From assembly GCF_044704955.1 (NCBI RefSeq), contig NC_091984.1:78430001-78494000 (forward strand): DNA of 64,000 nt. Direction: 5' to 3'. The DNA comes from Pristiophorus japonicus (Eukaryota). The notes beneath the pieces are model-generated. The model saw nothing but the letters and a program-made list of their open reading frames with translations. It was not told where the DNA came from and searched no databases. Position numbers and translations under genes: made by a program. Shown piece after piece: positions 13,535 to 24,536 of the stretch (positions within the stretch are counted from its first letter, which is position 1; each line of letters starts with the position of its first letter).

Positions 13535-14025
13535 ACTTTTCCGTGGATTCGTATTTGCCTCGTCGCCAGTTGTGGTTTATGAAATGATACAATGAACTCC
13601 GTACTGTGAGCCAGTGACTAGGTGTAACCTGGTCAGTCTTTAATGGCTTCCAGAAGTGAAGATACAAAGGTGAAGTTCAGGTTATATACCGGGCCCAGCA
13701 CGAGTGTACCTGTGACCCTAGGACCTCCGACGGTAGTGCCCCCTGTTGATGGGCAGACCTTATGTACATTACACAACCTACAAAATCCCATAAGTAAATA
13801 ATAGATTTCACTTAATAGTTTATCTATCCAAGTGAAAACATTCACACAAATATTTTCCTTCCAACAGATAACATTTGTAACAGATTAACTGAATAAATAC
13901 ATGTCTTGGCAGATGTGAGTTATTTTGAAATCATGTTTGTTTAAGGTTAGCTGAGCTTTATGAAACAAATCTAGAAATAATGATTTTGGCCTCGAAATTC
14001 CTGGGCCCCTCTGTTGCAATGAAGA

Positions 14026-14190
14026 GTCATAAGATATAGGAGCAGAAGTAGGCCATTCGGCCTCTCGAGCCTGCTCCGCCATTCAGTAAGATCATGTTTG
14101 ATCTTCTACCTCAACTCCACTTTCCTGCACTGTCCCATATCCCTTGATTCCCTTACTATTCAAAAATCTATCAGTCTCTGTCTTGATTAT
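14026..14190 (-). mobile_element. CR1 LINE 3' fragment
   Basis: ATAGGAGCAGAAGTAGGCCATTCGGCC..., the same 3' end as the CR1 copies at 33822 and 49535. Confidence 0.75.
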
Positions 14191-15761
14191 TGTATTGTAT
14201 CTCACTTTAAGTCATTCTTTCCCAGGTCAGTCAAGATGGAATTTTGTACCTCTTCAATCTTCCCTTCTCCTACATTCTATAGACATTTAAAATCCATTCG
14301 GTGTCAACTAAACACTACGTCCTGATTAACTTGTGTTCTCTCCTATTCTTTGTAATATTGGTTTTACCCTGCTCTATGGGTCTTGATCTTCTATCTAAGT
14401 TTCTTAATATGCAGCTCCAGCCATAGATAACAGCCATCTTTTCCTACCACCCATAATGATAATAGAAATCTAATGATCTTCATAACTGGGTATTTTGTTG
14501 CTCTGTTCATTCTCGAAAGGAATAGTGACTATATCCAGAATTAGAAAAATTGTCAGTATTCACGAATTGACCTGAAATGAACGTGTTCTGGTCATGTCTG
14601 GGTACAACTTTGGTTTGCTTATCATCTTTAATACTTATATGCACATTCTGATTTATACAATAACCTTCTAAAATAACCAGGGAGCTTTTAGTTGTAATTA
14701 AACAGGGTACTTCAATGTACATTACATCCACATAAAATAAATCTGGAATTATTTGGAACACATTCACTTGTTTTGGACTTAACATCAAAGTGTAGGCAAA
14801 TGTATTTACGTTTTTATAAAATTTCTGGCACAAATATTTGTGCATCTATGGCAGGTAAGTGGAGTCAAAAATGGCACTTGGAAAAATAAATTACGTTTGT
14901 TTATTATAAAAATAAAATACAGTTGATCAGCATCTGAAAAAGAAAGATTAACTCCGTTTCTCTCACCACTGATGCTGCCTGACCTGCTGCGTATTTCCAG
15001 CATTTTCTGTTTTTATTAACATTTTGGGTTTAGAAACTAACATTTGACGATGGGTTGCATCTGCCAAATTGAGTGATCTCTCTCTTTGGGAAATAGGTAG
15101 TGCAGTGGGTTAGATATTAGAACCTGAGTTCAAATACATAGTGCTGGGATGAAAGTCTTCTCTGCTGGATATGCAGAATGAGCTTGTGCAATCTCAATTA
15201 GTTCCTCACAACAACAGCAACAACTTGCATTTATATAGCGCCTTTAATGTAGTAAAACATCATGAGGCACTTCACAGGAACATAATCAAACAAACTTTGA
15301 CATCAAGCCACATAAGGAGACAATAGGACAGGTGTCCAAAAGCTTGGTCAAAGAGATAGGGCTAGACTTTCCACTTGGTGGCTAAGGCCCCAAAAAATTG
15401 ACCTTGTTGCAGCGATCTAGAACGCATCGCCTGTGCTGATCGCCAGCACAAGGTCCATTTTCTTTTTTAGCGATTTTCCACTCGGCCTTACCCCGGCGAT
15501 GTCAAATGGGTGATGTGATTTCTCGGCGATCTCATGATCGCCCAAAGAAAACAGAAGTGAATGAAAAAAAAAGCTTCCCTAGCAACGCTATACTGCGCAT
15601 GTGTAGCTTGATTTTTTTTTTCAGTTTGATGCTCCTTCCCTTGTTTTGGGAGGTCAGGGGTCATCACGCATGCTCAGAAGCTCTGTGAGGGTCGGGGAGA
15701 GAGAGAGAGAGAGAGAGAGGAGAAAGTATTTTGTGGTCTGATTTATCTGATATTAATCGAC

Positions 15762-17567
15762 ATGGAGGGATCAGTTGAGAGGCGTAGGGCCAAGCTCTTC
15801 AACGAGGAGGCCAATGAGGCCCTCGTGAATGCTGTCAGCACCAGGTGGGAGGATCTGACACAGGGTGGGCATGGGAAACCTCTTCCCCGTGCATATCGGA
15901 GGATTTGGTCTGACATTGCCGATGTGGTCACGTCAGCCTCTAATGAAACGCGCATACCAGACCAGTGCCGCAAAAGGTGGAACAGCCTACTGGCAGCTGC
16001 GAGAGTAAGTTAAAATTTATATTTATGTATTATTTAATGATCTAAATAGTAACTAGAATCTGCAGTGTTATTTGGTTACATTTAAACATAACTAAATTAT
16101 GAATACATTTATGCAACCCAGCATAAATTTAAATGTTGTAGTGTGAAATATGCAATGTAATGCTAATTTGTAATAGAACATTTAAATCTGTCAGTCTTAA
16201 ATGTCTTCAATGTCTTAAATTGCCTGATCCACTTGCTTATGCAGTTCAATGTTATCATATCATTTTCAGAAGAAGATCTTGATCAATAATCGTGAGCAAC
16301 GCAGGACGAGTGGGGGTTCTGCCATGATGCACAATTTAAGTGCTTACGAGGAGCTCGCTGTGTCCTTGGTGGGGCCAGAAAGCCGTTCGGTCACATCCCG
16401 TGCTGTGGCCGAACCCACCCTTGAGACATGTGAATAATGAGAAATGTGCATTGTGCAATGTGTGAATCATTAGTAAATACTGAAAATATCGTAGTTACGC
16501 ATGTAATGTTATGCAATTAAAATGTAATTTGATGTTATGCAATGTTATGCAATCACAATGTAATGTTATGCAATTATAATATAATCTGATATATAATTGT
16601 GATGTACTATAGATGTTCGAATGAGGTCATGTTAGGCCATGTTAAACCTTGTGATCACTTGTGCATATGGTGTAATGGAAAGCATTGCAATGTTTTGAGT
16701 TTGAGAAAAATTGTAATGCAATGATTTGAATAGTTAATCATTGTTTATCAAATTAAAGGTCAAGTGGTCGTCGAGTCAGTGCAGTCCACTACCACTGAAC
16801 CGTCTCCAACATCGCAAGAAAATGAAGAAGAAGAGGAGTCACTGCAGACTCCTGCTGCTGTGCTTCAGCAGGAGGAGGAGGAGGAGGAGACGGAAGGAGA
16901 AGAGATTTTTTTTCCGGGGGGGGGAACAACCTGCGGCCATCTCGGTTGAGATGGAAGAAGCACCGGGACCAAGAGGTGTGCAGGTGGCACGCCAAGGCGC
17001 GTCATATTGCAAACGCCGACCCCACGGAGGTCTGGTCAGCGTGGCGAGCAATCGCCTGCCTTGGAGGGCCAGACAGAGAGCTTGATTTCCTTGTGCAGGG
17101 AGACGGTCGTGATTGGTCGCGACCTTATCCAGGGGTTCGCAGGATTCTCTGCGAACTGGAGCCAGTTTCCAGCATCCTGGAGCGAGTTCTGCCAGAACTT
17201 CTCCAACTGGTCTTCTGAGCAGTCACTGACTGCAAGGGAGACCTTGGAGGCTATTCGGCAGCAGACAGCCGCAACCAATGCCCTATGGCATGCGTTGCTG
17301 GCTGGACACGGCACTACACCCCAAGGTGTCGAGTCTGCTCGCAGCGACACCCCGAGCACGCAAGCGAGTACAGAGGACACAGTTCCTCCGCACTCGGAAG
17401 TAGAGCCTCAGGCTTCCACTTCCTCTCCGTCACCTCCACCACGGCAGGAAGTCTCGACATCCCACTCTGCACAATGTCTTGGTGTCGCTCTGCGTAGACC
17501 AAAACGGGCGGGTGGGGTGCGAACACGGGATGGGACAGGATCTGGAGGGAAACGTGGCCGCAGGTAG
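15762..17567 (+). pseudogene. Harbinger Myb/SANT-like (trihelix) DNA-binding gene; exons 15762-16004, 16270-16429, 16759-17567
   Basis: F.EE..EALV..V..RW...IW..IA..V...R..DQCRKRWNSL, then GTAAGT; exon 2 NREQRRTSGG; splice phases compatible; exon 3 frameshifted. Confidence 0.8.
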
Positions 17568-17724
17568 GGAGGGGGGAGTCCTTCTCTATAGTTCACTTGT
17601 TTTAAAATGTTCACTTGTTATTATCACTTTATTATTCTCTTGTTATTGTTACTAAATTGGCCACTTGTATTCAATAATTAAATGTTCACTTGTTATCATT
17701 ACTTAACTGTACACTTTCCATTCT

Positions 17725-17945
17725 TTCTGAAATGGTCACTTGTTATCGTTACTGAAATGGTCACTTGTTGTCGTAACTGAAATGGTCACTTGTTATCATC
17801 ACTGAAATGGTCACTTGTTGTCATAACTGAAATGGTCACTTGTTATCATCACTGAAATGGTCACTTGTTAGCATGACTGAAATGGTCACTTGTTATCATC
17901 ACTGAAATGGTCACTTGTTATCATTACTTAAATGGCCATTTGTTC
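17725..17945. repeat. 25-bp minisatellite (ACTGAAATGGTCACTTGTTATCATC), ~8 copies
   Basis: Directly visible tandem array inside the Harbinger element. Confidence 0.9.
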
Positions 17946-19725
17946 TTTAAAATGTTCACTTTCTTCTTCTAACATTTTGGGGATTTTGAGGGAAGGGTGG
18001 GTTGGTGCGGGGGGTGGGGGGTTGGAGGGAGGGTGTTGTTCATTAGTTGTTAAAAATTTTTTATTTCTTAATAAAAAAAAATGTTTTCTACAACTTTTGT
18101 ACCTTCTCTCTTACTTACATAAGTTTTACAATGTACAGTTCTTCATGCAGATTTGTTTGTTTATTCTGTTTCACTACGTAAAAGCTATTTACTAAATAAT
18201 TCCAATATATGAGATCTATTTAGCATAAATAAGGTGATAATATCTATTTATATTCTCTGCCCCAAATTTCTGAGTACAATTTGCTTCAATTTTACTCTCT
18301 AAATAACTCAGAACAATTCTCCACCCTTCCTCAGAAGCTAAAAATGGTGTCCGTAGTGCCCATTTCCCTCTCTAAAGCCCTGAAAAAGCAACTATTTTTG
18401 AGCACTCTTTTGGACCTTGCATCGGCCCAGCGAAGTGCATGTTAGGTGCCGAAAGTTGGGATGGGCCTTTTGTGGCCGATCATTTGGGCGATCATCTCGG
18501 CGATGAAAGTGGAAACTTGGGGGCTTATTTTTCCGGCGATGTTTCGAGCCTAGTTTCCTCAAAATGGGCAATAGAGGTCCATTTTGGGCAATAGATGGGC
18601 CTTAAATGGGTGATATGAAGTGGAAAGCCTAGCCCATAGGTTTTAAGGAGCATCTTAAAGGGGGAGAGGTAAGAGGCGGAGAGGTTTAGGGAGGGAATTC
18701 CAGAGCTTAGAGCTTTGGCAGCTAAAGGCATGACCGCCAATGGTGGAGCGAAGAAAACTGGGGATGTGCAAGAGGCCAGAATTGGAGGAATGCACAGACC
18801 TCAGAGGGTTGTACAGTTGGAGGACATTACAGAGATAGGGAGGGTAAGACCATAAAGAGATTGAAAACAAGGATGAGAATTTTAAAATCAAGGCGTTGCT
18901 TAACCGGGAGCCAATGTAAGTCAGCAAGCACAGGGGTGATGTGTGAACAGGACTTGATGTGAGTTAGGATATGGGCAGCAGAGTTTTGGATGAACTCAAG
19001 TTTACGGAGGGTGGAAGATCAGAGGCCATCCAGGAGAGCATTGGAATAGTCGAGCCTAGAGGCAACAAAGGCCTGGATGAAGGTTTCAGCAGCAGATGAG
19101 CTGAGGCAGGGGTGGGGACGGGCGATGTTACGGAGGTGGAAGTAGATGATCTTGGAGATGGAAACGATATGGGGTTGGAAGCTTAACTCAGGGTCAAATA
19201 GGACACCAAGGTTGCAAAGGGTCTGATTCAGCCACAGTGGTCAAGGAGCAGTTGGCGTCGGTGGCTAGGGAACGGAGATATGAACCGGCATAAAATTACG
19301 CATAATTTGATATTTATTGCTATTAAACTAGCAATCTCATTTAAAAGACCACAGGATGCTTCGTGTGGAAATGGGAAAATGTTACACTGGCGCAGCAGCA
19401 GTCGTTCTGCTGAAGTAGGGTCACGGGCACATTGATACAGCAGGGGCGGCAGCTTTACTGGAATTTCAATTCTACTATACCTGACCTGGGAGACCTTGGC
19501 AGTGGCAGTGGGACCCTGGAAAATGTTAATATCTCTTGGCTTTATGGGCAATAAATTGACAAAAAGCTGTGTTTCATATTTCTCTTTCAGATACAGTTTG
19601 ACCTGCTGTTTATTTCCAGCATTTTCTCTTTTGTTTCGGTCTTTGCACATTACCTTTTTATGTCAACTTTAGCCAACTATTTCTGTAAACCAAGAATGAA
19701 TTTGCCTTAGTCTGTGAAATCATAC

Positions 19726-19843
19726 CTTTTTTGTTTCACAAGGAGAACAGATTATCCACGGTGCCCACTGGCCAAGTTGACAGTCAAGTGGGACTGAGCT
19801 TCGGATTTTTCGGCTAGAATGATGTGTGCAGCAATATTCTGAA
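19726..19843 (-). CDS. C8A: Complement C8 alpha-like, coding exon 2 (propeptide, furin site, start of TSP1)
   Basis: (SEYCCTHHS)SRKIRSSVPLDCQLGQWAPWIICSPCETKK, then donor GTATGA; acceptor tctttatttcaacatAG before 19843, with an alternative in-frame acceptor before 19813; resembles human C8A [31 protein letters not shown]. Confidence 0.88.
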
Positions 19844-20715
19844 CTATGTTGAAATAAAGAAATTTGTTCAATATGGCAAAGTATTCTTTCTGCCTAAAAC
19901 AAGTTGTCTATCTATTGTTGAGGATAGAGTTAGGAATGCTAGGAATATCGGTGCGCTCCTGGCGTCGAGAGTTACGGTGGCAGACGAAGGGGATTTAAAA
20001 TTTCAGTCCTTCCTTCAAAGGAGCAAAATCAATGGCAATATATTCCTTCTGCTCGGCATTTCGGAAATTCAAGAAATTTCTGCTGCTATGAAAAGGCAGC
20101 TGACTATGCCGAACTGCTACAGGCACCAGAGAACTGTAGCAGTGATCTCCCACCTCCCACAATGCAGACTGAAGATGCAGCAGTTGTGAAGGAAAATCCT
20201 ACTGTACATGAATCCCAGTGAATCGTAGATCGACATGTATAAACTTCTGACTGGTTGCATTCTATTGGCACATTGATAGAATAATAGAGTAAATCTTGCC
20301 CTGCGGTTCTCTTGTCACGCATGTGTCCAACCATTGTGGGAGTGCGAGAAGGTCAGCAAATTCTAGCAGGAGATCTTGGATCTATTTAGTGCCAAGATTT
20401 TGGAGGCCAGCTTATTATTATTGGGCTGCACAGCTGCCTATGGAGGCTCATGCTGCCAGCAAAAGCTCATTAGAGACCACAGCGTTTTGATGATGAGGGT
20501 GGGACTTCCTGCCATATATTTTGCATGCTTTATCCCAGATATGACATCACTCTAGGCAATTAAAACACAATCGCATTTTGAAACTCAATTTCTGGCCCTT
20601 GAGAGTAAGTTTCTTAAAGATGTGTTGGCTTGTTTTGGAAGTGACTGAGGGATTATGGAGCAGATCTTCCTGACTTCTCCAAGGGTAATGCCCAATTCCC
20701 TACAAGGGTTAGGAA

Positions 20716-23545
20716 AAACAACAACAACTTGCACTTTTACATAGCACCTTTATGTAGTAAAACAACCCAATGCATTTCACAGGTGCATGATGAAACAAAA
20801 AGCAGCATTCAGCCAAAAAAGGAGATATTAGGATGGGCGACTTAAAGCTTAGTCAAAGAGATAGAGAGAGTTGGAGGTGGAGAGGTTTAGGGAGAGAATT
20901 AAAGAGCTTAGGGCCTAGACGGCTGAAAGCACAGCTGCCAATGGTGGGGTGAAGGAAGTAGGAATGCACAAGGGGCCACAGTTGGAGGAACACAGCCTTC
21001 CTGGAGAGTTGCCATGGAGGGATTAAAACATGAGTATGAAAATTTCAAAATTGTGGCTTTGGTGGACCAGGGAGCACATGTAGTTCCGCGAGCACAAAGG
21101 GGTGATAGGTGAACGGGACTTGGGGTGGGTTAGGATATGAAAAGCAGAGTTTTGGATGAGCTCTAGTTTATGTAGGGTGCAAGATGACAAGCCGACCAGG
21201 AGGACGTTGGACTAGTCGAGTCTGGAGGTAACAAAAATATGGATGAAGGTTTCAGCAGCAGGCACACTAATGCAGAGGTGGAGATGGCTGATGTTACGGA
21301 GGTAGAAGTAGGCAGTCTTTGTGATGGAGAGGATATGGAATCAAGAGCTCAGCTCAGGATCAATTAGGAAGCCCAGGTTTCAAACCGTCTGGTTTAGCCT
21401 GAGATAGTAGACAGAGAGAGTGGTGGAATCGTTTGCGAGGGAACGGAGCTTGTGGTGGGGGCCAAAGACAATGGCTTTGGTCTTTTCAATTTTAAATAGA
21501 GGAAATGGCGGCTCATCCAGGACTAGATGCCGGATAAGCAGTCTGGCAACACAGGCATTGGTGTTGAGGTAGAGCTGCGTGTCATCACCGTAAATGTCGA
21601 ACCTGACGTCATGTCCTTGGATGAAGTCACCAAAGGAATGGCGTTGGAGGAGTTGGTGCAGTTAACTGTGTTAAAGACTACAGACAGGTCGAGAAGAATG
21701 GGGAGGGATGGTGCACCATGGTCGTAGTCACAGAGAATTGTGACTTTGTGACTTTGATTAGGGCTGTTTCAATACTGGGGCAGGGACGGAAACCTGATTG
21801 GAGAGGTTCAAACCTAGAGTTGCAGGAAAGTCAGGCACGGATTTGGAAGGTGACAATCCATTCAAGGACATTGAAGAGGAAAGAAAGGTTGAAGATGGGG
21901 CAGTAGTTTTCAAGGATAGAGGGGTCAAATGTGGGTTATTGAAGAGGTGGTGATAACAGCAGATTTGAATGGGAGAGAGACAGTACCTAAGGAGAGGGAA
22001 CCATTTACAATATCAGCTAGCATGGGGGCCGGGAGGAAAGTTGGGTGGTCAGCAGTTTAGGGGGAATAGGGTCGAGAGAGCAGGAGGTGGGTCTCACGGA
22101 CAAAATGAGCTTGGGGAGACAGGAGAGAAACTAGAGGAAGGTAACAGTTCAGTGTGGAAGCTTAGTGGAGGTTTGGCTTAGTGGGCAAGGGGAAGGAAGG
22201 GATGCAGCAGAAGCAGCTGAACAGATGGTCTCCAGCTTAGTGACAAGGACGTCCACGAGCTCTTGTTGGAAATGAGGGTGGAGGTGGTAGGGGAGCGAGG
22301 TTTAAGAATGAGCTCCTCACACTTGTTGGAAATGAGGGTGGAGGTGGTAGGGGAGCGAGGTTTAAGAATGAGCTCCTCACACTTGTTGGAGATGAGGCTG
22401 GAGGTAGTAGGGGAGCGAGGTTTAAGAATGAGCTCCTCACACTTGTTGGAGATGAGGGTGGAGGTAGTAGGGGAGCGAGGTTTAAGAATGAGCTCCTCAC
22501 ACTTGTTGGAGATGAGGCTGGAGGTAGTAGGGGAGCGAGGTTTAAGAATGAGCTCCTCACACTTGTTGGAGATGAGGGTAGAGGTGGTAGGGGAGCGAGG
22601 TTTAAGAATGAGCTCCTCACACTTGTTGGAGATGAGGGTGGAGGTAGTAGGGGAGCGAGGTTTAAGAATGAGCTCCTCACACTTGTTGGAGATGAGGGTG
22701 GAGGTAGTAGGGGAGCGAGGTTTAAGAATGAGCTCCTCACACTTGTTGGAGATGAGGGTGGAGGTAGTAGGGGAGCGAGGTTTAAGAATGAGCTCCTCAC
22801 ACTTGTTGGAGATGAGGGTAGAGGTAGTAGGGGAGCGAGGTTTAGGAATGAGCTCCTCACACTTGTTGGAGATGAGGGTGGAGGTAGTAGGGGAGCGAGG
22901 TTTAAGAATGAGCTCCTCACACTTGTTGGAAATGAGGGTAGAGGTAGTAGGGGAGCGAGGTTTAAGAATGAGCTCCTCACACTTGTTGGAGATGAGGGTG
23001 GAGGTAGTAGGGGAGCGAGGTTTAGGAATGAGCTCCTCACACTTGTTGGAGATGAGGCTGGAGGTAGTAGGGGAGCGAGGTTTAAGAATGAGCTCCTCAC
23101 ACTTGTTGGAGATGAGGGTGGAGGTTGTAGGGGAGCGAGGTTTAAGAATGAGCTCCTCACACTTGTTGGAGATGAGGGTGGAGGTAGTAGGGGAGCGAGG
23201 TTTAAGAATGAGCTCCTCACACTTGTTGGAGATGAGGGTGGAGGTAGTAGGGGAGCGAGGTTTAAGAATGAGCTCCTCACACTTGTTGGAGATGAGGGTG
23301 GAGGTAGTAGGGGAGCGAGGTTTAAGAATGAGCTCCTCACACTTGTTGGAGATGAGGGTGGAGGTTGTAGGGGAGCGAGGTTTAAGAAGATGGTTGGTAG
23401 TGGAGAAAAGAAGCTGGGAGTTACCTTTGCCTTTCAGGATGACCATGGAGTAGTGAGCTGTTTGGGCAGAGGACAGCAGGGCCCGATGGTGATGGATGAG
23501 GTACAGCCAGATCTTCCAAAAGAAGGGAGTTGCTCTGGGATTTGG
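20716..23545 (-). mobile_element. L2-clade LINE, degenerate, in C8A intron 1
   Basis: (CAA)n CTTGCAC tail at ~20717; body similar to 18636-19290; ORF2-linker-like HHRALLSSAQTAHYS...LLFSTTNHLLKP. Confidence 0.8.
22255..23388. repeat. 60-bp minisatellite, ~19 near-identical copies, expanded from L2 sequence
   Basis: Unit ACTTGTTGGAGATGAGGGTGGAGGTAGTAGGGGAGCGAGGTTTAAGAATGAGCTCCTCAC repeats line after line. Confidence 0.97.
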
Positions 23546-23919
23546 GGGGTGCCTGGGGAGATGGGAGGAAGAGCTGTCTTGCTCCTGCAGTGGTTGCAGG
23601 CTCACTGCTCACATGAAAATGGCGTGGCCCTCTTACCTCAATGTCCTGCTCTGTAGCTATGAGAAATCCAGATACAGTAACAACAGAAGAAAAGTCCATT
23701 ACACCTTTTACTATTCTAATTCACCTGTTTAATTATACTGTAGCCACATTTTCATTAAACTTTCCCAAAACCTCAGATTTATATTGAAAACATCAAATTT
23801 AGGATGCGTTGTGCACCAATCCCCTTTACATTTCACATTTTAAAATGTATGAATCCCACCACAAATACCACAACCAATACATCAAGCCATCCCGTTTTTC
23901 TGAAGTGTTAAACACTAAC

Positions 23920-24005
23920 CTGTTGCTGATCTGATTCGAATTGGCAAAATGAGTAAAAAGCAACAGGCATGCTAAAGATGAGAAGCAACTCATAAGCAAA
24001 TTCAT
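23920..24005 (-). CDS. C8A: Complement C8 alpha-like, coding exon 1 (signal peptide)
   Basis: Minus strand reads MNLLMSCFSSLACLLLFTHFANSNQISN plus AG, then donor GTTAGT; hydrophobic signal peptide; 86 nt, phase 2, matching exon 2. Confidence 0.8.
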
Positions 24006-24320
24006 TCTTCGTGCTGCAAAAAGTAACTTTCATAAAATAAGAAAATGTACAGTTTGTACCAAACAACCAGTTACTTGGACTATAAATGTTAAATGCTGCA
24101 ATTCCCAATCAGAATGTACGGGGGATAACACACTGAAAGGGTAAACTAAACAGCTGCACTTAATAAATGATTAATAGCAATGTCAATGCAGAAAGAAAAA
24201 GCTGAGTCAACTCTCCATTCAAACCTTGGTATTAAACTATTTTGGATCTAACACAGATTCTTGATTTGTATTAATCTTTATAAAAATTAATAAAGTTAAT
24301 ATTTAGGTTAGAATATTTAA
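24006..24320 (-). promoter_or_regulatory. Putative proximal promoter/5'UTR of the C8A-like gene
   Basis: Unique AT-rich DNA directly upstream of the ATG; HNF1-like ATAAATGATTAAT (~24163) and GTTAATATTTAG (~24295); AP-1 TGAGTCA (24203). Motif matches only. Confidence 0.35.
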
Positions 24321-24536
24321 AATTGCTGATCCACTTACAATCAACTTCTAAGTGATAGTATACTTTGATACAAGCATGTGTATTTTCCAGACAAAAAGAA
24401 TAGATAATGCTTATCTCATTAGTATACTTCATCATCTTTTTATTAAAGTATCTCATAAAGCTTTGCATTGCAATTTGTCTGCTACTTATATTAAGGATTT
24501 GATGCAGGCTGGTACCTGCCTGTCAGGTGCTCCTAA

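Larger units (their letters stand above)
6383..13773 (-). mobile_element. Ty3/Gypsy LTR retrotransposon A (full structure, degenerate ORFs) in C8A intron 2
   Basis: LTRs 6383-6589 and 13571-13773 (TG..CA), TSD CAACC, PBS TGGCGACGAG, PPT next to 6590; gag, protease, RT (FQDD), RNaseH and integrase fragments. Confidence 0.95.
15359..18635 (+). mobile_element. Non-autonomous PIF/Harbinger transposon carrying only the Myb/SANT gene
   Basis: TIRs GGGCTAGACTTTCCACT and AGTGGAAAGCCTAGCCC; TSD ATA; removing it restores the L2 sequence GAGATAGGTTTTAAGG. Confidence 0.9.
15208..19290 (-). mobile_element. L2-clade LINE 3' part, split by a Harbinger insertion
   Basis: (CAA)n tail and CTTGCATTTATATAGCGCC at ~15210-15358; continues 18636-~19290 with L2-type RT C-terminal coding (PPYLCN..LQ.YNP.RS..SSNSGLL). 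Confidence 0.8.

Noticed and set aside
14507-14860. 112-aa minus ORF and a plus-strand CAG|GTAAGT donor
   Set aside because: No homology recognised and no matching acceptor or frame
22178-23605. 475/396/367-aa repetitive ORFs; CRISPR-like appearance
   Set aside because: Products of a stop-free 60-bp minisatellite in a LINE; no unique spacers and no cas genes
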